Source of the DNA: Bdellovibrio sp.
Lineage (GTDB): Bacteria > Bdellovibrionota > Bdellovibrionia > Bdellovibrionales > Bdellovibrionaceae
NCBI GenBank assembly: GCA_046318155.1
Contig: JBKCUU010000114.1
Span: 1 to 34,870, forward strand
Direction of reading: 5' to 3'
Length of the DNA stretch: 34,870 nt
The notes beneath the pieces were generated by a model. It saw only the letters and a program-made list of their open reading frames with translations, did not search any database and was not told the DNA's origin. A program made the position numbers and the translations under genes. This document shows positions 19,322-27,922 of the stretch, one piece after another (the first letter of the stretch is position 1; each line of letters starts with the position of its first letter).

Positions 19322-19912
19322 TTAGCGAACGCAAAGACCAATCGTCGAACCGCCGGCCACCGCTTGGCAGCGTGAACCTGAGGGGCAGCTATTGGCGACG
19401 CGTACATCGCAGCCCTGAGCCGTTGATTGACCGCAGTTGTTGGTATTTTGTGGTGGCTGGTAGGTGGCTTGTTGCTGGTTCAACCAGCCACCGTTGTTTT
19501 GACCATAGTTCCAATAGGGACCCCAGCTGCCGACATTGAAGTAAACCAGTCCGCCGAAAGAGCCTGATCGGTAGGCATTCGGAGCGCAAGCAACACCGTA
19601 ATAGTGAGATTGAACGGGAAAGTAGCCGGCTTGGCAGCCACAGGAGCCAACCGACGTTTGATAATACTGCGGCCATTGCCAAGCACCCGAATACCAGCCG
19701 TACTGAGCCGGGTTCTGCGAGTAGTAATTTGAGTACTGAGAGCAATTCGAGGGGGGAGCGCCGTAAGCGCCAGCTTGGTAGTTGCACGGCTGCGGGGTGG
19801 AGGCGTAGGTCGTGGGAGTTCCTGCGCTTCCGGAGCTCCCGCCACCTTGATTGCAAGCGGCAAGGGCGAACAAGGTGCCAGCGATAAGGAGCGCGTGAAG
19901 GACTTGTTTCAT
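19322..19912 (-). CDS. Cys/Tyr/Gln/Gly-rich hypothetical lipoprotein
   Basis: GGAG RBS; signal MKQVLHALLIAGTLFALAAC with lipobox LAAC; ten additional Cys. Confidence 0.8.
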   Translation of the reverse strand: MKQVLHALLIAGTLFALAACNQGGGSSGSAGTPTTYASTPQPCNYQAGAYGAPPSNCSQYSNYYSQNPAQYGWYSGAWQWPQYYQTSVGSCGCQAGYFPVQSHYYGVACAPNAYRSGSFGGLVYFNVGSWGPYWNYGQNNGGWLNQQQATYQPPQNTNNCGQSTAQGCDVRVANSCPSGSRCQAVAGGSTIGLCVR

Positions 19913-19953
19913 AAATCTCCCAGTGGTGGATAAACCAATCCAACCAATCATCT

Positions 19954-19970
19954 TCCAAGTTCAGTGCCAA
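19954..19970 (-). promoter_or_regulatory. Putative sigma54 (-24/-12) promoter
   Basis: Minus strand reads TTGGCACTGAACTTGGA versus consensus TGGCAC-N5-TTGC; about 40 nt upstream of the lipoprotein ATG. Confidence 0.45.
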
Positions 19971-20069
19971 AGACTGGGGCGGTCGGGGGCTCTTTTATTG
20001 GCTTTAAGGCAGTTTTGAGAGACAAATTCTGGCCTTGGTGACAATCCACAGCCCTGTAGAGGGCCATTT

Positions 20070-20441
20070 TTATGGCATTTTTGTTCCCTGATGAAACATC
20101 ATTTGCCATCCATTTTCATTCTTCTTCCAAATCGAACTGCGCAAGGCAGACGAAGAATTTCCGCTGCCATCAAGCTTTAGAGTCTTGAAGGTCAATAGAA
20201 CGACATCTGATGAGAGGCGGTGCAATTTAAAATCGGCCGCGTCTGCATTTGCCGCATCTGTGCTTGAAAGACCCTTGATTGTATCTGGTCTTTGCCAAAC
20301 CCTTCCAGAACATCCAAATTCGAAAAATGTCGGACTCAGCAGTGGATACAAGACCTCTGGATTTTTCCTCGTTGTTGGATCGATCAGAGCCTTTTCATTT
20401 TTGATGAGCTCAGCGAATAAATTTTTATCTTCAGATGACAT
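20070..20441 (-). CDS. DUF4440/NTF2-like domain protein
   Basis: Pattern E..L.DP..R...LL...F.EFGxSGR, LSSDVVLLT, RSSIW...WQM.FHQGT. Start at 20441 (GAGG upstream) or 20453. Confidence 0.85.
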   Translation of the reverse strand: MSSEDKNLFAELIKNEKALIDPTTRKNPEVLYPLLSPTFFEFGCSGRVWQRPDTIKGLSSTDAANADAADFKLHRLSSDVVLLTFKTLKLDGSGNSSSALRSSIWKKNENGWQMMFHQGTKMP

Positions 20442-20523
20442 GAGCAGCCTCATCGTCGTTTGCGAGTTTTCTAAGAACTATCTCTCACGAAAATCAAAAA
20501 AAATAAAGAGCCGGCAACAGTTT

Positions 20524-20573
20524 CATTTCATTTAATTTCACCCGCGACGTCGCGGGTGAAATTAAATGAAATG
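20524..20573. repeat. Perfect 50-bp palindrome (REP-like element)
   Basis: CATTTCATTTAATTTCACCCGCGAC|GTCGCGGGTGAAATTAAATGAAATG: 25-bp arms with no spacer. Confidence 0.95.
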
Positions 20574-20747
20574 TAACCGGAACGCCCGGAGAATCGTCGC
20601 GATCAATTTTACGCCACCCTGGCGTGAACGCTGGAAATTCTCTGTCAGAGCAAGTCCCCTTGGCACTGCCCTTGAGGAGGAGACCCGCTGAACTGCCCTG
20701 CGAAGACCCATTGATTTTACGGAGAACCTAGCTGAGAATAAAGAGAG

Positions 20748-21515
20748 ATGAAAGCAAAGTTGCTGGGTTTTTTCTGTCTCTTCGTTTTTTCGAGCAATGC
20801 CGCCAACGCGCGTGTTTTTGACATGGGTCAGGAGCACTTTGCCGCCTATCTGCGCGGTCAGTATGGATTGGCTCAGCAAAAAGACAGCCCCTTTGCACCT
20901 TCAAGTGGGGCGGGGACTTCGTTTAGTGACGAGTACAAAACCAACATGGCCTATGAATTTGGTTTTGTTTATGCGTTTGGGTTGGCAAATTTGCGCATTG
21001 GTTTTGAGTTTTTAAAGCCAGCGGACCTTCGCGGGGTTAAGGGCACTAGTAGCGGGGGAGCTGAGTACTACTCGGTCACCAATAATATTTCGGGCTTCGC
21101 ACCGAAGATCGGTTTGGAATTTAATCTCAAGCAGTGGCCACAATCGCGGGTTTTCGCCAATGTCGATTATGGCATCGCCTCTATGACCGTGCAAAACTCT
21201 TACACCTTTACGGCGGCAGGCACGACCCAGTATCCCACGCCGGGCGCAGATTTTAGAGAAGAGATCAAGGGTGACGGAAATTTGATCGAAGGCGCGATCG
21301 GTTATGAAACTTTGCTTTCAGATTCGACAACGGTTGTCTTTGATGTGGGCTATCGCCTGCTTGAGATCAATTCCTTTAAGCACAATGTCGACGCCAACAC
21401 GTTTCAAGGAACCGTCAGTAAAGGCGACACGGCAAAAAACACAGATGGGTCTGACCGCTCACTTAGTATGAGCGGTGGCTTTGCTTCGGTGATGATCCGC
21501 ATTTGGATCAAGTAA
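20748..21515 (+). CDS. Putative outer-membrane beta-barrel protein
   Basis: Sec signal ending ANA; alternating amphipathic strands (YEFGFVYAF, IGLEFNL, VVFDVGYR); C-terminal strand FASVMIRIWIK. Confidence 0.7.
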   Translation: MKAKLLGFFCLFVFSSNAANARVFDMGQEHFAAYLRGQYGLAQQKDSPFAPSSGAGTSFSDEYKTNMAYEFGFVYAFGLANLRIGFEFLKPADLRGVKGTSSGGAEYYSVTNNISGFAPKIGLEFNLKQWPQSRVFANVDYGIASMTVQNSYTFTAAGTTQYPTPGADFREEIKGDGNLIEGAIGYETLLSDSTTVVFDVGYRLLEINSFKHNVDANTFQGTVSKGDTAKNTDGSDRSLSMSGGFASVMIRIWIK

Positions 21516-21516
21516 A

Positions 21517-23310
21517 TTAAGCGCCGTAGAGTTTTTCAAGTTGGTTGCGATACCTTTGATCTATAAACTTACGCTTCACTTTGAGTGAAGGTGTGAGTTC
21601 GCCCGACTCCACCGTAAAATCTTTTGGTAGAACAGCAAAACGCTTGATCGTTTCATAGCTTGCCAAGTTTGAATTCACTTCGGCAACCGACTTACGCACG
21701 ACTTCAAGAATCGCATTATTCTGGGTCAGATCTTCGGGAGTTTGGTAGGCAAGTCCCTTTTCTTTGGCGAAAGCTTCAAGGCGAATCGGGTCAAGCGTGA
21801 TCAAGGCGACGATATACTTTTTGTTATCACCATGAATCAAGACCTGCGACACAAGTGGATTGAGCTTGAGCAGTCCCTCGATTTTTTGCGGAGCAACGTA
21901 TTTGCCTCCACCCGTTTTGATCAAATCTTTTTTGCGATCGGTAATTTTAATAAAACCTGCGCTCGTGCGCTCGCCAATGTCGCCAGTGGCGAGCCAGCCG
22001 TCTTTGAGAACTTGGTCGGTTGACTCGGGGTCTTTAAAATACTCCCGCATCACTTTTTTAGATCGAACGAAAAGCTCGCCATCATCACCAAACTTGATTT
22101 CAACGTCACCGATCGGCTTTCCGATGGTGCCAAACTCATAATCGTAAGGCGTGTTGACGGTCACCGCACCCGTTGTTTCGGTGAGCCCGTAGCCTTCCAA
22201 AATCATGATTTCGCAGGCGTGAAAAAACTGGGCAATTTCCCGCGCCAGCGGAGCACCACCACTGATCGCAAATCGAAGTCGACCACCAAAGGCGCCCTTG
22301 ACTTTATGAAGGACAAGTTTTTGGGCGGCGACGTACTTGATGTGGAGCAGAAGGGGGAGTGGCTCACGTTTGGTGCGGTATTCGCTGACTTGCATCCCCA
22401 CCTCAAGCGCTCGAGCAAACATTTTGCGTTTGATCGGATTGGATTCAATTTGTGTCAGAATCGCAGCATAGACTTTTTCAAAAATTCGCGGCACGGCCAC
22501 CATAATCGTGGGCTTCACTTCAACCAAGTTCACGCGCACCCGTTCAATGCTCTCGGCAAAGGCCAGCGTAAAGCCAATGAACGCATGGCCCCAATGTTCG
22601 ATCCTGCCTAAAACATGAGCGTAAGGCATAAATGAAAGTGAGGTGTCGCCCGAGTGGGCGCCCGCATAAGGAAAGGCCTCGGCAACTTCGCTCATGATTT
22701 GTGTGTGTGTGAGCACAACACCTTTAGGAAGACCGGTGGTGCCGCTGGTGTAAACCAAGGTCGCGACTTGGTCCGCGCGGGTTTGATTTAAAAGTTCGAG
22801 CCAGCGCTCGCCCCATTGCGGTAGCAAAGACTTTCCACCTTTCAGCAGCTCATGCCAGGATTGAAAGTTGGGATCTTCTTCGCGAACATCCTCAAAGACA
22901 AAGATCTTTTCGACGGACGGGCATTTCTCGCGAACGGCTAAGAACAGTTTCATCATACTTCGCGTCTCAAGGACTAAGAAGCGTGCTTGGCTGTTATTCA
23001 AAATGTATTCGAGGTCAGCTGGAGTCACGGTTTGATAAATAGGGACGACGACCGCGTGCACGCTCATCGCGGCCAGGTCTGTGACAGACCACTCCCAGCG
23101 CGTACTTGACATCAATGCGATCTTATCTTCGGGCTTAATTCCCAGTTCTAGAAATTGCAAACCCATGGCGCGGACTTGGTCATGGTAGTCTTGCCAAGAC
23201 ACGTCTTTCCAAACGCCTTTTTTCTTGTACATGTAGGCCGCTTGGTCGGGCGAGCGGGTGGGCATTTTTGCAATGGATTCGCAAAGAGTCGTACCGGTGG
23301 TATTCTTCAT
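21517..23310 (-). CDS. Long-chain fatty acid--CoA ligase (AMP-binding, FadD-like)
   Basis: Motifs YTSGTTGLPKG, VPRIFEK, SGGAPL, EGYGLTET, GWLATGDIG, ITDRKKDLIK and GELTPSLKVKR. Exact start uncertain (23310 or 23319). Confidence 0.93.
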   Translation of the reverse strand: MKNTTGTTLCESIAKMPTRSPDQAAYMYKKKGVWKDVSWQDYHDQVRAMGLQFLELGIKPEDKIALMSSTRWEWSVTDLAAMSVHAVVVPIYQTVTPADLEYILNNSQARFLVLETRSMMKLFLAVREKCPSVEKIFVFEDVREEDPNFQSWHELLKGGKSLLPQWGERWLELLNQTRADQVATLVYTSGTTGLPKGVVLTHTQIMSEVAEAFPYAGAHSGDTSLSFMPYAHVLGRIEHWGHAFIGFTLAFAESIERVRVNLVEVKPTIMVAVPRIFEKVYAAILTQIESNPIKRKMFARALEVGMQVSEYRTKREPLPLLLHIKYVAAQKLVLHKVKGAFGGRLRFAISGGAPLAREIAQFFHACEIMILEGYGLTETTGAVTVNTPYDYEFGTIGKPIGDVEIKFGDDGELFVRSKKVMREYFKDPESTDQVLKDGWLATGDIGERTSAGFIKITDRKKDLIKTGGGKYVAPQKIEGLLKLNPLVSQVLIHGDNKKYIVALITLDPIRLEAFAKEKGLAYQTPEDLTQNNAILEVVRKSVAEVNSNLASYETIKRFAVLPKDFTVESGELTPSLKVKRKFIDQRYRNQLEKLYGA

Positions 23311-23334
23311 GATGTTCAACCAACTTTGTGCAGC

Positions 23335-25269
23335 TTAGGGTGAGCTTTGTCCCTGACGAGACAAGATCAATCTCACCGCTTTTTTCTGACTTTGTCCAAC
23401 AGTCACCGTTTGTTCAGCGGCGGCCTGCGCAAAGGGATTGATGGCACGAATTTTAACGGGCACACCAGCGGGAACTGGGTACCTCCCCAGTTGTGATTTG
23501 TCTTGCAGTCGGAGGCCATTGACTGTGACAACGGGCTCAGACCCGCCCCCGACCACTTCGATTGAGACAAATCCCATGGGGGGCTCGGGCTGCAGAGTCG
23601 CCTCGAGACGATAGAGATCGCTGCCGGCTTGTTCGCCAACGCGATCATAAGTGAGGTAACCTTCTTTACGTAAGGTGAGGCGAAATTCTTTTTGTGATTC
23701 GATGTGACCAATGTAAGGCGTGATCCCAACATTCTTTCCGTTGACGTAAACAACGGCACCCTGAGGGTTGCTCTGAATGTTAAGAGGAACAATTTGCTTC
23801 GACGCCGCCTCGTATTGTCCTGCCGGCGTCGGCTTCTGCTGCGCAGTTCGGTTGTTCAAGGCGCCTTCTTGCGAAATTTGATTTGGATCTACTTGTGGTG
23901 CATTGCCCATTTTTTTCCAATAAAAATAGCCACCGCCCAAAGCGATCACCAGCGCGAGGCCGGCGATGAGCGTGTTGTTATTTGAGGGCTGCTTTTGCGG
24001 AACATAAATTCGTGATTGGGTTCCGTTAGGATTGCGAATTCCAGTTTGTGTTCCGGGGATTGTCCCGGTCATCGTGCCTTGACGAAATTGTCTGGGCTTA
24101 GCTTTGTCCCCAGACTTCAGAGAACTCAGGTCAACACGGTTCGAACCACTGGATTGAACATCAATGTTCAAGCGCTGTTCGGGCTCGACCTGATTGGGTG
24201 AGCCATAGCCCATCGCCGGTGGTTCTGAAGATGAGGTTTCGGTGACCGTCGCGGTGACGACCGTGCGATCTTCTGAAGTTTGAGCAGGCGGTGTATGCGA
24301 AATTTTTGCGTAATCGGCCAACTTGCGGCGGTTTTCTAAGTACATTTTGTGGTACAAAGATTTCATGTACTTACTAAATTCCTGAGTCGAAAACTCGGGA
24401 TATTGAGTATTCAAAAAACGATTCAAGTCTTTGTGAAATGCAGCTGCAGTTTGATAGCGAAGAGACTTGTCTTTTGCCAAGGCCTTCATGCAAATACGTT
24501 CGAGCTCGGGCGAAATAGCCGAGTTTGCTTTTCGTAGCGAGGGGATTTGGCATTCGCGAACTTTGCGAAGGGTTGCTGCTTCATTTTGTCCCGTAAAGAG
24601 ACGGTCTTTTGCGAGAAGCTCCCACAAAACAATACCTAAAGAAAAAATATCAGTGCGTGGGTCGACCGTGTGGCCATCGGCTTGCTCGGGGGACATGTAG
24701 CCAAATTTGCCTTTGATCGTGCCGGCGCGCGTGTTTTCGACTTGTGTCTCAGCTTTCGCGATGCCGAAGTCGACGATTTTGATTTCGCCTTCGAAGCTGA
24801 GCATTACGTTTTGGGGGCTCATATCACGGTGAGTGATATTGAGCGGACGTCCGGTGTTCCCATCCAAGCAGCGATGTGCGTGATCGAGACCCGCAGCGAC
24901 CTCTTTAATGAGGTAAATGATTTGATCGAGAGCGAGCTCTTTGCCCTCTTTTTTCATGTGGTTGAGAATTTGTCGAAGATTTTGTCCCTCGACGAATTCC
25001 ATCACCAGAAAAAATTGGTGTTTCTCGATACCGAAATCGTAGATCGAAACGATATTTGAGTGGTTGAGATTAACCGCGATCTTGGCTTCTTCCTTAAACA
25101 TATCAATGAACTCAGCATTGTCTGAGTATTGCGGAAGAATCCGTTTGATGGCGACGAACTTGTTGATGCCATTGGCGCCGATCGACTTGGCCAAATACAC
25201 TTCGGCCATGCCGCCAGCTGCAAGCCTCTCGAGTAGTAGGTATTTACCAAAGCGTTCCATATCTGCCAT
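23335..25269 (-). CDS. Membrane-anchored Hanks-type Ser/Thr kinase with C-terminal PEGA-like domain
   Basis: Kinase motifs LAAGGMAEVY, VAIKRI, HRDMSPQN, DFG and GKFGYMSPEQ; TM segment TLIAGLALVIALGGGYFYW; PEGA-like SNPQGAVVYVNG...GITP...LRKEGY. ATG 25269 follows GAGGG. Confidence 0.92.
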   Translation of the reverse strand: MADMERFGKYLLLERLAAGGMAEVYLAKSIGANGINKFVAIKRILPQYSDNAEFIDMFKEEAKIAVNLNHSNIVSIYDFGIEKHQFFLVMEFVEGQNLRQILNHMKKEGKELALDQIIYLIKEVAAGLDHAHRCLDGNTGRPLNITHRDMSPQNVMLSFEGEIKIVDFGIAKAETQVENTRAGTIKGKFGYMSPEQADGHTVDPRTDIFSLGIVLWELLAKDRLFTGQNEAATLRKVRECQIPSLRKANSAISPELERICMKALAKDKSLRYQTAAAFHKDLNRFLNTQYPEFSTQEFSKYMKSLYHKMYLENRRKLADYAKISHTPPAQTSEDRTVVTATVTETSSSEPPAMGYGSPNQVEPEQRLNIDVQSSGSNRVDLSSLKSGDKAKPRQFRQGTMTGTIPGTQTGIRNPNGTQSRIYVPQKQPSNNNTLIAGLALVIALGGGYFYWKKMGNAPQVDPNQISQEGALNNRTAQQKPTPAGQYEAASKQIVPLNIQSNPQGAVVYVNGKNVGITPYIGHIESQKEFRLTLRKEGYLTYDRVGEQAGSDLYRLEATLQPEPPMGFVSIEVVGGGSEPVVTVNGLRLQDKSQLGRYPVPAGVPVKIRAINPFAQAAAEQTVTVGQSQKKAVRLILSRQGQSSP

Positions 25270-25303
25270 GACACCCTCGGGAATAGCTTCCCCTGCGTAA
25301 GGG

Positions 25304-25330
25304 TTATCGGTATGATCGCAAAAGGAGTTA
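25304..25330 (-). promoter_or_regulatory. Putative sigma28 (FliA) promoter for the kinase
   Basis: Minus strand reads TAAC-N15-ACCGATAA versus consensus TAAA-N15-GCCGATAA. Confidence 0.55.
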
Positions 25331-25342
25331 ATAAAATTACCT

Positions 25343-25954
25343 ATGATGTGGATTGGACTGACCGGAGGTCTAGCTTCTGGCAAAAGCACTGTCTCGAATC
25401 TGCTCAAAAGGCAGAGCATTCCCGTCATTGATGCGGATGAACTCGCCCACCAAGCTCTTCGGCCCGGAACTGGGCCTTATCAAAAAGTCTTGTCTCACTT
25501 CGGAAAGTCAATCTTAGCCGGCGATCAAAGCATTGATCGAAAAAAACTTGGCGCTCTGGTTTTTAATCAAAAAGACGAGCTTGTGTTCTTAGAGTCAGTC
25601 ATTCATCCCTACGTTCAAGAGCAAGTCTTGATCCATAGAGAACAGGCGCTCGCGCGAGGTCACGGGATAGCGGTCTATGATGTTCCGCTTTTGTTCGAGA
25701 AAAATCTGATGTCCCAGTTTGACCGGATCCTTGTTGTTGGAGCAAAAGAACAGACACAAATTCAGAGAGTGCTTAAGCGCAATCAGTGGAGCCGCGAGGA
25801 AGCCATCGCTCGGCTGCGCAATCAATTGCCGATTGAGGATAAAATCGCGCGAGCTCATGATGTGATTTGGAATGAAGGCACCTTGCAAGAGCTTGAGCTG
25901 CAAACAATGCAGTGGCTTCAAAAGATGCGGTCAATGTCTTCGTCAAAAGCGTAA
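25343..25954 (+). CDS. coaE: Dephospho-CoA kinase
   Basis: Motifs IGLTGGLASGKSTV, VIDAD, IDRKKLG..VF, IHPYV, DVPLLFE and NEG. Confidence 0.96.
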   Translation: MMWIGLTGGLASGKSTVSNLLKRQSIPVIDADELAHQALRPGTGPYQKVLSHFGKSILAGDQSIDRKKLGALVFNQKDELVFLESVIHPYVQEQVLIHREQALARGHGIAVYDVPLLFEKNLMSQFDRILVVGAKEQTQIQRVLKRNQWSREEAIARLRNQLPIEDKIARAHDVIWNEGTLQELELQTMQWLQKMRSMSSSKA

Positions 25955-26625
25955 CCGATTCTGATCAACAAGGTCGTGCCGCGAGTCCCTAAACCCAAAA
26001 GACCCTCAAGTCGCACACGCCGGTTGAGATTTAGAAAATCTTCGACGCCGCCGCCAACCATCGCTTGATATGAGTCCATTTTGACAAATCCGGCTAATTG
26101 TTCGCTTGGTTTGTAAAGGCCCTGAATGCCCGCACTCCAATAAGGTTCAAAGTGTGCACCGAGGCAGCAATATTTTTTAAATTGGCCGTGCGGTCCAAAT
26201 TGTTCGCTCGTGGTGAGATCAAAACCAAACTCGTAGGCGGCTTCATTGGGTTGTTGGTGGGTTTGCGTGATGCTAAAAACTTGGGCCGTGATCGAGTCGC
26301 CTTTTTCTTTCAGTGGGCCCGACCAAAGTCCGACTGCCACGTTAAAGGTCTTATCGCGAATCGTGCGCGTCGCAAAAATGTGGTCCTCGGTCCCAACCTC
26401 GGCTGGTTTGAGTTCAGGCGTGGCAAGCGAATCGCGCTCGAGCGGGCGGCGCATGTGATCGTTGTTCGGCGGGGCGTTCTGATTGTACTGCTCGGGCGTT
26501 ACGTTGGTGGTGGGCGCCGCTAACGCAAGACCACCAAAGTTGGCGGTGAAAACAGTCATCACGACAGTCATCAAGACGGTCTTCAAGACAAAGGTCAAAA
26601 AGAAGTTCAGCACACGAGGGCTCAT
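25918..26625 (-). CDS. Hypothetical exported protein, probable small beta-barrel
   Basis: Hydrophobic signal ending ALA; amphipathic strands (YEFGFDL, PYWSAGI, VRLEGLLG, LLIRIGYAF). Start ATG 26625 is preferred because upstream starts overlap the divergent gene. Confidence 0.65.
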   Translation of the reverse strand: MSPRVLNFFLTFVLKTVLMTVVMTVFTANFGGLALAAPTTNVTPEQYNQNAPPNNDHMRRPLERDSLATPELKPAEVGTEDHIFATRTIRDKTFNVAVGLWSGPLKEKGDSITAQVFSITQTHQQPNEAAYEFGFDLTTSEQFGPHGQFKKYCCLGAHFEPYWSAGIQGLYKPSEQLAGFVKMDSYQAMVGGGVEDFLNLNRRVRLEGLLGLGTRGTTLLIRIGYAFDEDIDRIF

Positions 26626-26674
26626 CGTGAATATGATAGATGAGTTTCGCCAATCAGAATAACATTTTGTGAGG

Positions 26675-27871
26675 ATGAAAATAAAATCTAGTTTTGCACT
26701 GGCCCTGGCTCTTTTGTCGTTGTCGTCCGTGAGCCTGGCGACTGATGGTCTTTTTACAAGCATACACCATCAATACCAATCGCCGCGCGCGTTGGGGATG
26801 GGTGACGCTTTTGTTGCCGTTGCAAATGATTACAGCGCCCTCTTTTATAATCCGGCAGGCCTGGCGCGCATTGAAGAGGGTCAGATTAATTTGTCGATCG
26901 ATGCAGCCGTTTCGCAAGACTTCTTGTCCTTTCAAAAAGACATACAAGATGCATCAGCCGTGCAGGGATCCGACGCCGACAAGGCTCAGGCTTACATCGA
27001 GCTCTTGCAAAAAAATTACGGCAAAAATTTTTCACTCCGCACGGGGCTTTTTGAGGCCATTTGGGTGCGTCCGGGTTGGGGCCTTGGATTTATTCCCGTC
27101 GACCTGACCCTAGACATGAGCGTGCACAATCAGGCCGCTCCCTCGATTAGTGCTCGAACTTACATTGACAGCACGTTTGCTTACGGATTTGCCGGCGACG
27201 TCAAAGACGAAAGCATCGCCGGGCGCTTGTCATGGGGTGTGACGACTAAATTTGTAAACCGCGGCTACTTTAGCAAAGACGTCAATGCGCTTGATCTAGT
27301 GGCGGACTCCAACATTGTCCGCAAAGAAGATTTGCGCGAAGGTTACACGGTTGATGCTGACCTCGGACTTTTGTGGACGCCGTACATTTCAGGCGACGGT
27401 TTTTGGTCGTTGTTTCAGTTGGCGCGGCCTACGTTTGGTGCCGTGTTGCGAAATGCCGCCGAGACCGGGTTTGGTCAAAGTTTGAAATTGATCAACAAGG
27501 ATCCGAATCCCACAGTTGCAACCGATCCTCCCGAAAAATTACACCGGGTCTTGGATTTGGGAACACGGTGGGAGTATCCGAGCTTTTGGATCTTTGGTGG
27601 TCGGGGTGTGATGGATGTTCGCGACATCGGTCACCCGAGTTTTTCGGCGCGTAAAGGTTTGCACGCGGGTTTTGAATTTGATTGGGCCGTCACCACTTGG
27701 TGGAGGGGTCAGTACCGCGTCGGTCTGAATCAGGGCTATTTCACGGCGGGTCTTTCGGCTTTGTTTACGATGCTCCGCCTTGACGCCGTCACCTACGGAG
27801 AGGACGTCGGCTCGTTCAATTTTCCAAAAGAGAACCGCGTTTACCTCGTAAAAGCCAATATCGATCTCTAG
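26675..27871 (+). CDS. FadL/TraF/PorV-like outer-membrane barrel, paralog 1
   Basis: Signal peptide; SPRALGMGDAFVAVANDYSALFYNPAGL; DADLGLLW; YRVGLNQGYFTAG; TYGEDVG...ENRVY. Start at ATG 26675 or GTG 26669. Confidence 0.8.
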   Translation: MKIKSSFALALALLSLSSVSLATDGLFTSIHHQYQSPRALGMGDAFVAVANDYSALFYNPAGLARIEEGQINLSIDAAVSQDFLSFQKDIQDASAVQGSDADKAQAYIELLQKNYGKNFSLRTGLFEAIWVRPGWGLGFIPVDLTLDMSVHNQAAPSISARTYIDSTFAYGFAGDVKDESIAGRLSWGVTTKFVNRGYFSKDVNALDLVADSNIVRKEDLREGYTVDADLGLLWTPYISGDGFWSLFQLARPTFGAVLRNAAETGFGQSLKLINKDPNPTVATDPPEKLHRVLDLGTRWEYPSFWIFGGRGVMDVRDIGHPSFSARKGLHAGFEFDWAVTTWWRGQYRVGLNQGYFTAGLSALFTMLRLDAVTYGEDVGSFNFPKENRVYLVKANIDL

Positions 27872-27922
27872 TGTCAGGCACCTTTTGCAGAAGCGCCGCA
27901 TCCACACAATGTAGCAGCTACA

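Noticed and set aside
8081..20573. Composite transposon, prophage att sites or CRISPR defined by the 30-bp repeat
   Set aside because: Only two copies, 12.4 kb apart, enclosing essential genes (murB, ftsQAZ); no transposase, integrase, spacers or cas genes.
20562..20879. 105-aa minus-strand ORF and other short overlapping six-frame ORFs (e.g. 12126-12701, 14982-15596, 19389-19970, 30832-31440)
   Set aside because: Shadow frames of well-supported genes with no recognisable motifs or RBS.
22700..22711. (TG)n dinucleotide run, and short homopolymers such as T8 at 3602-3609
   Set aside because: In-frame within conserved coding motifs (LTHTQ; VFFFND) and too short to suggest phase variation.
25918..25954. 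37-bp convergent overlap between coaE and the neighbouring gene
   Set aside because: Short tail-to-tail overlaps are common in compact genomes; no evidence of special function.
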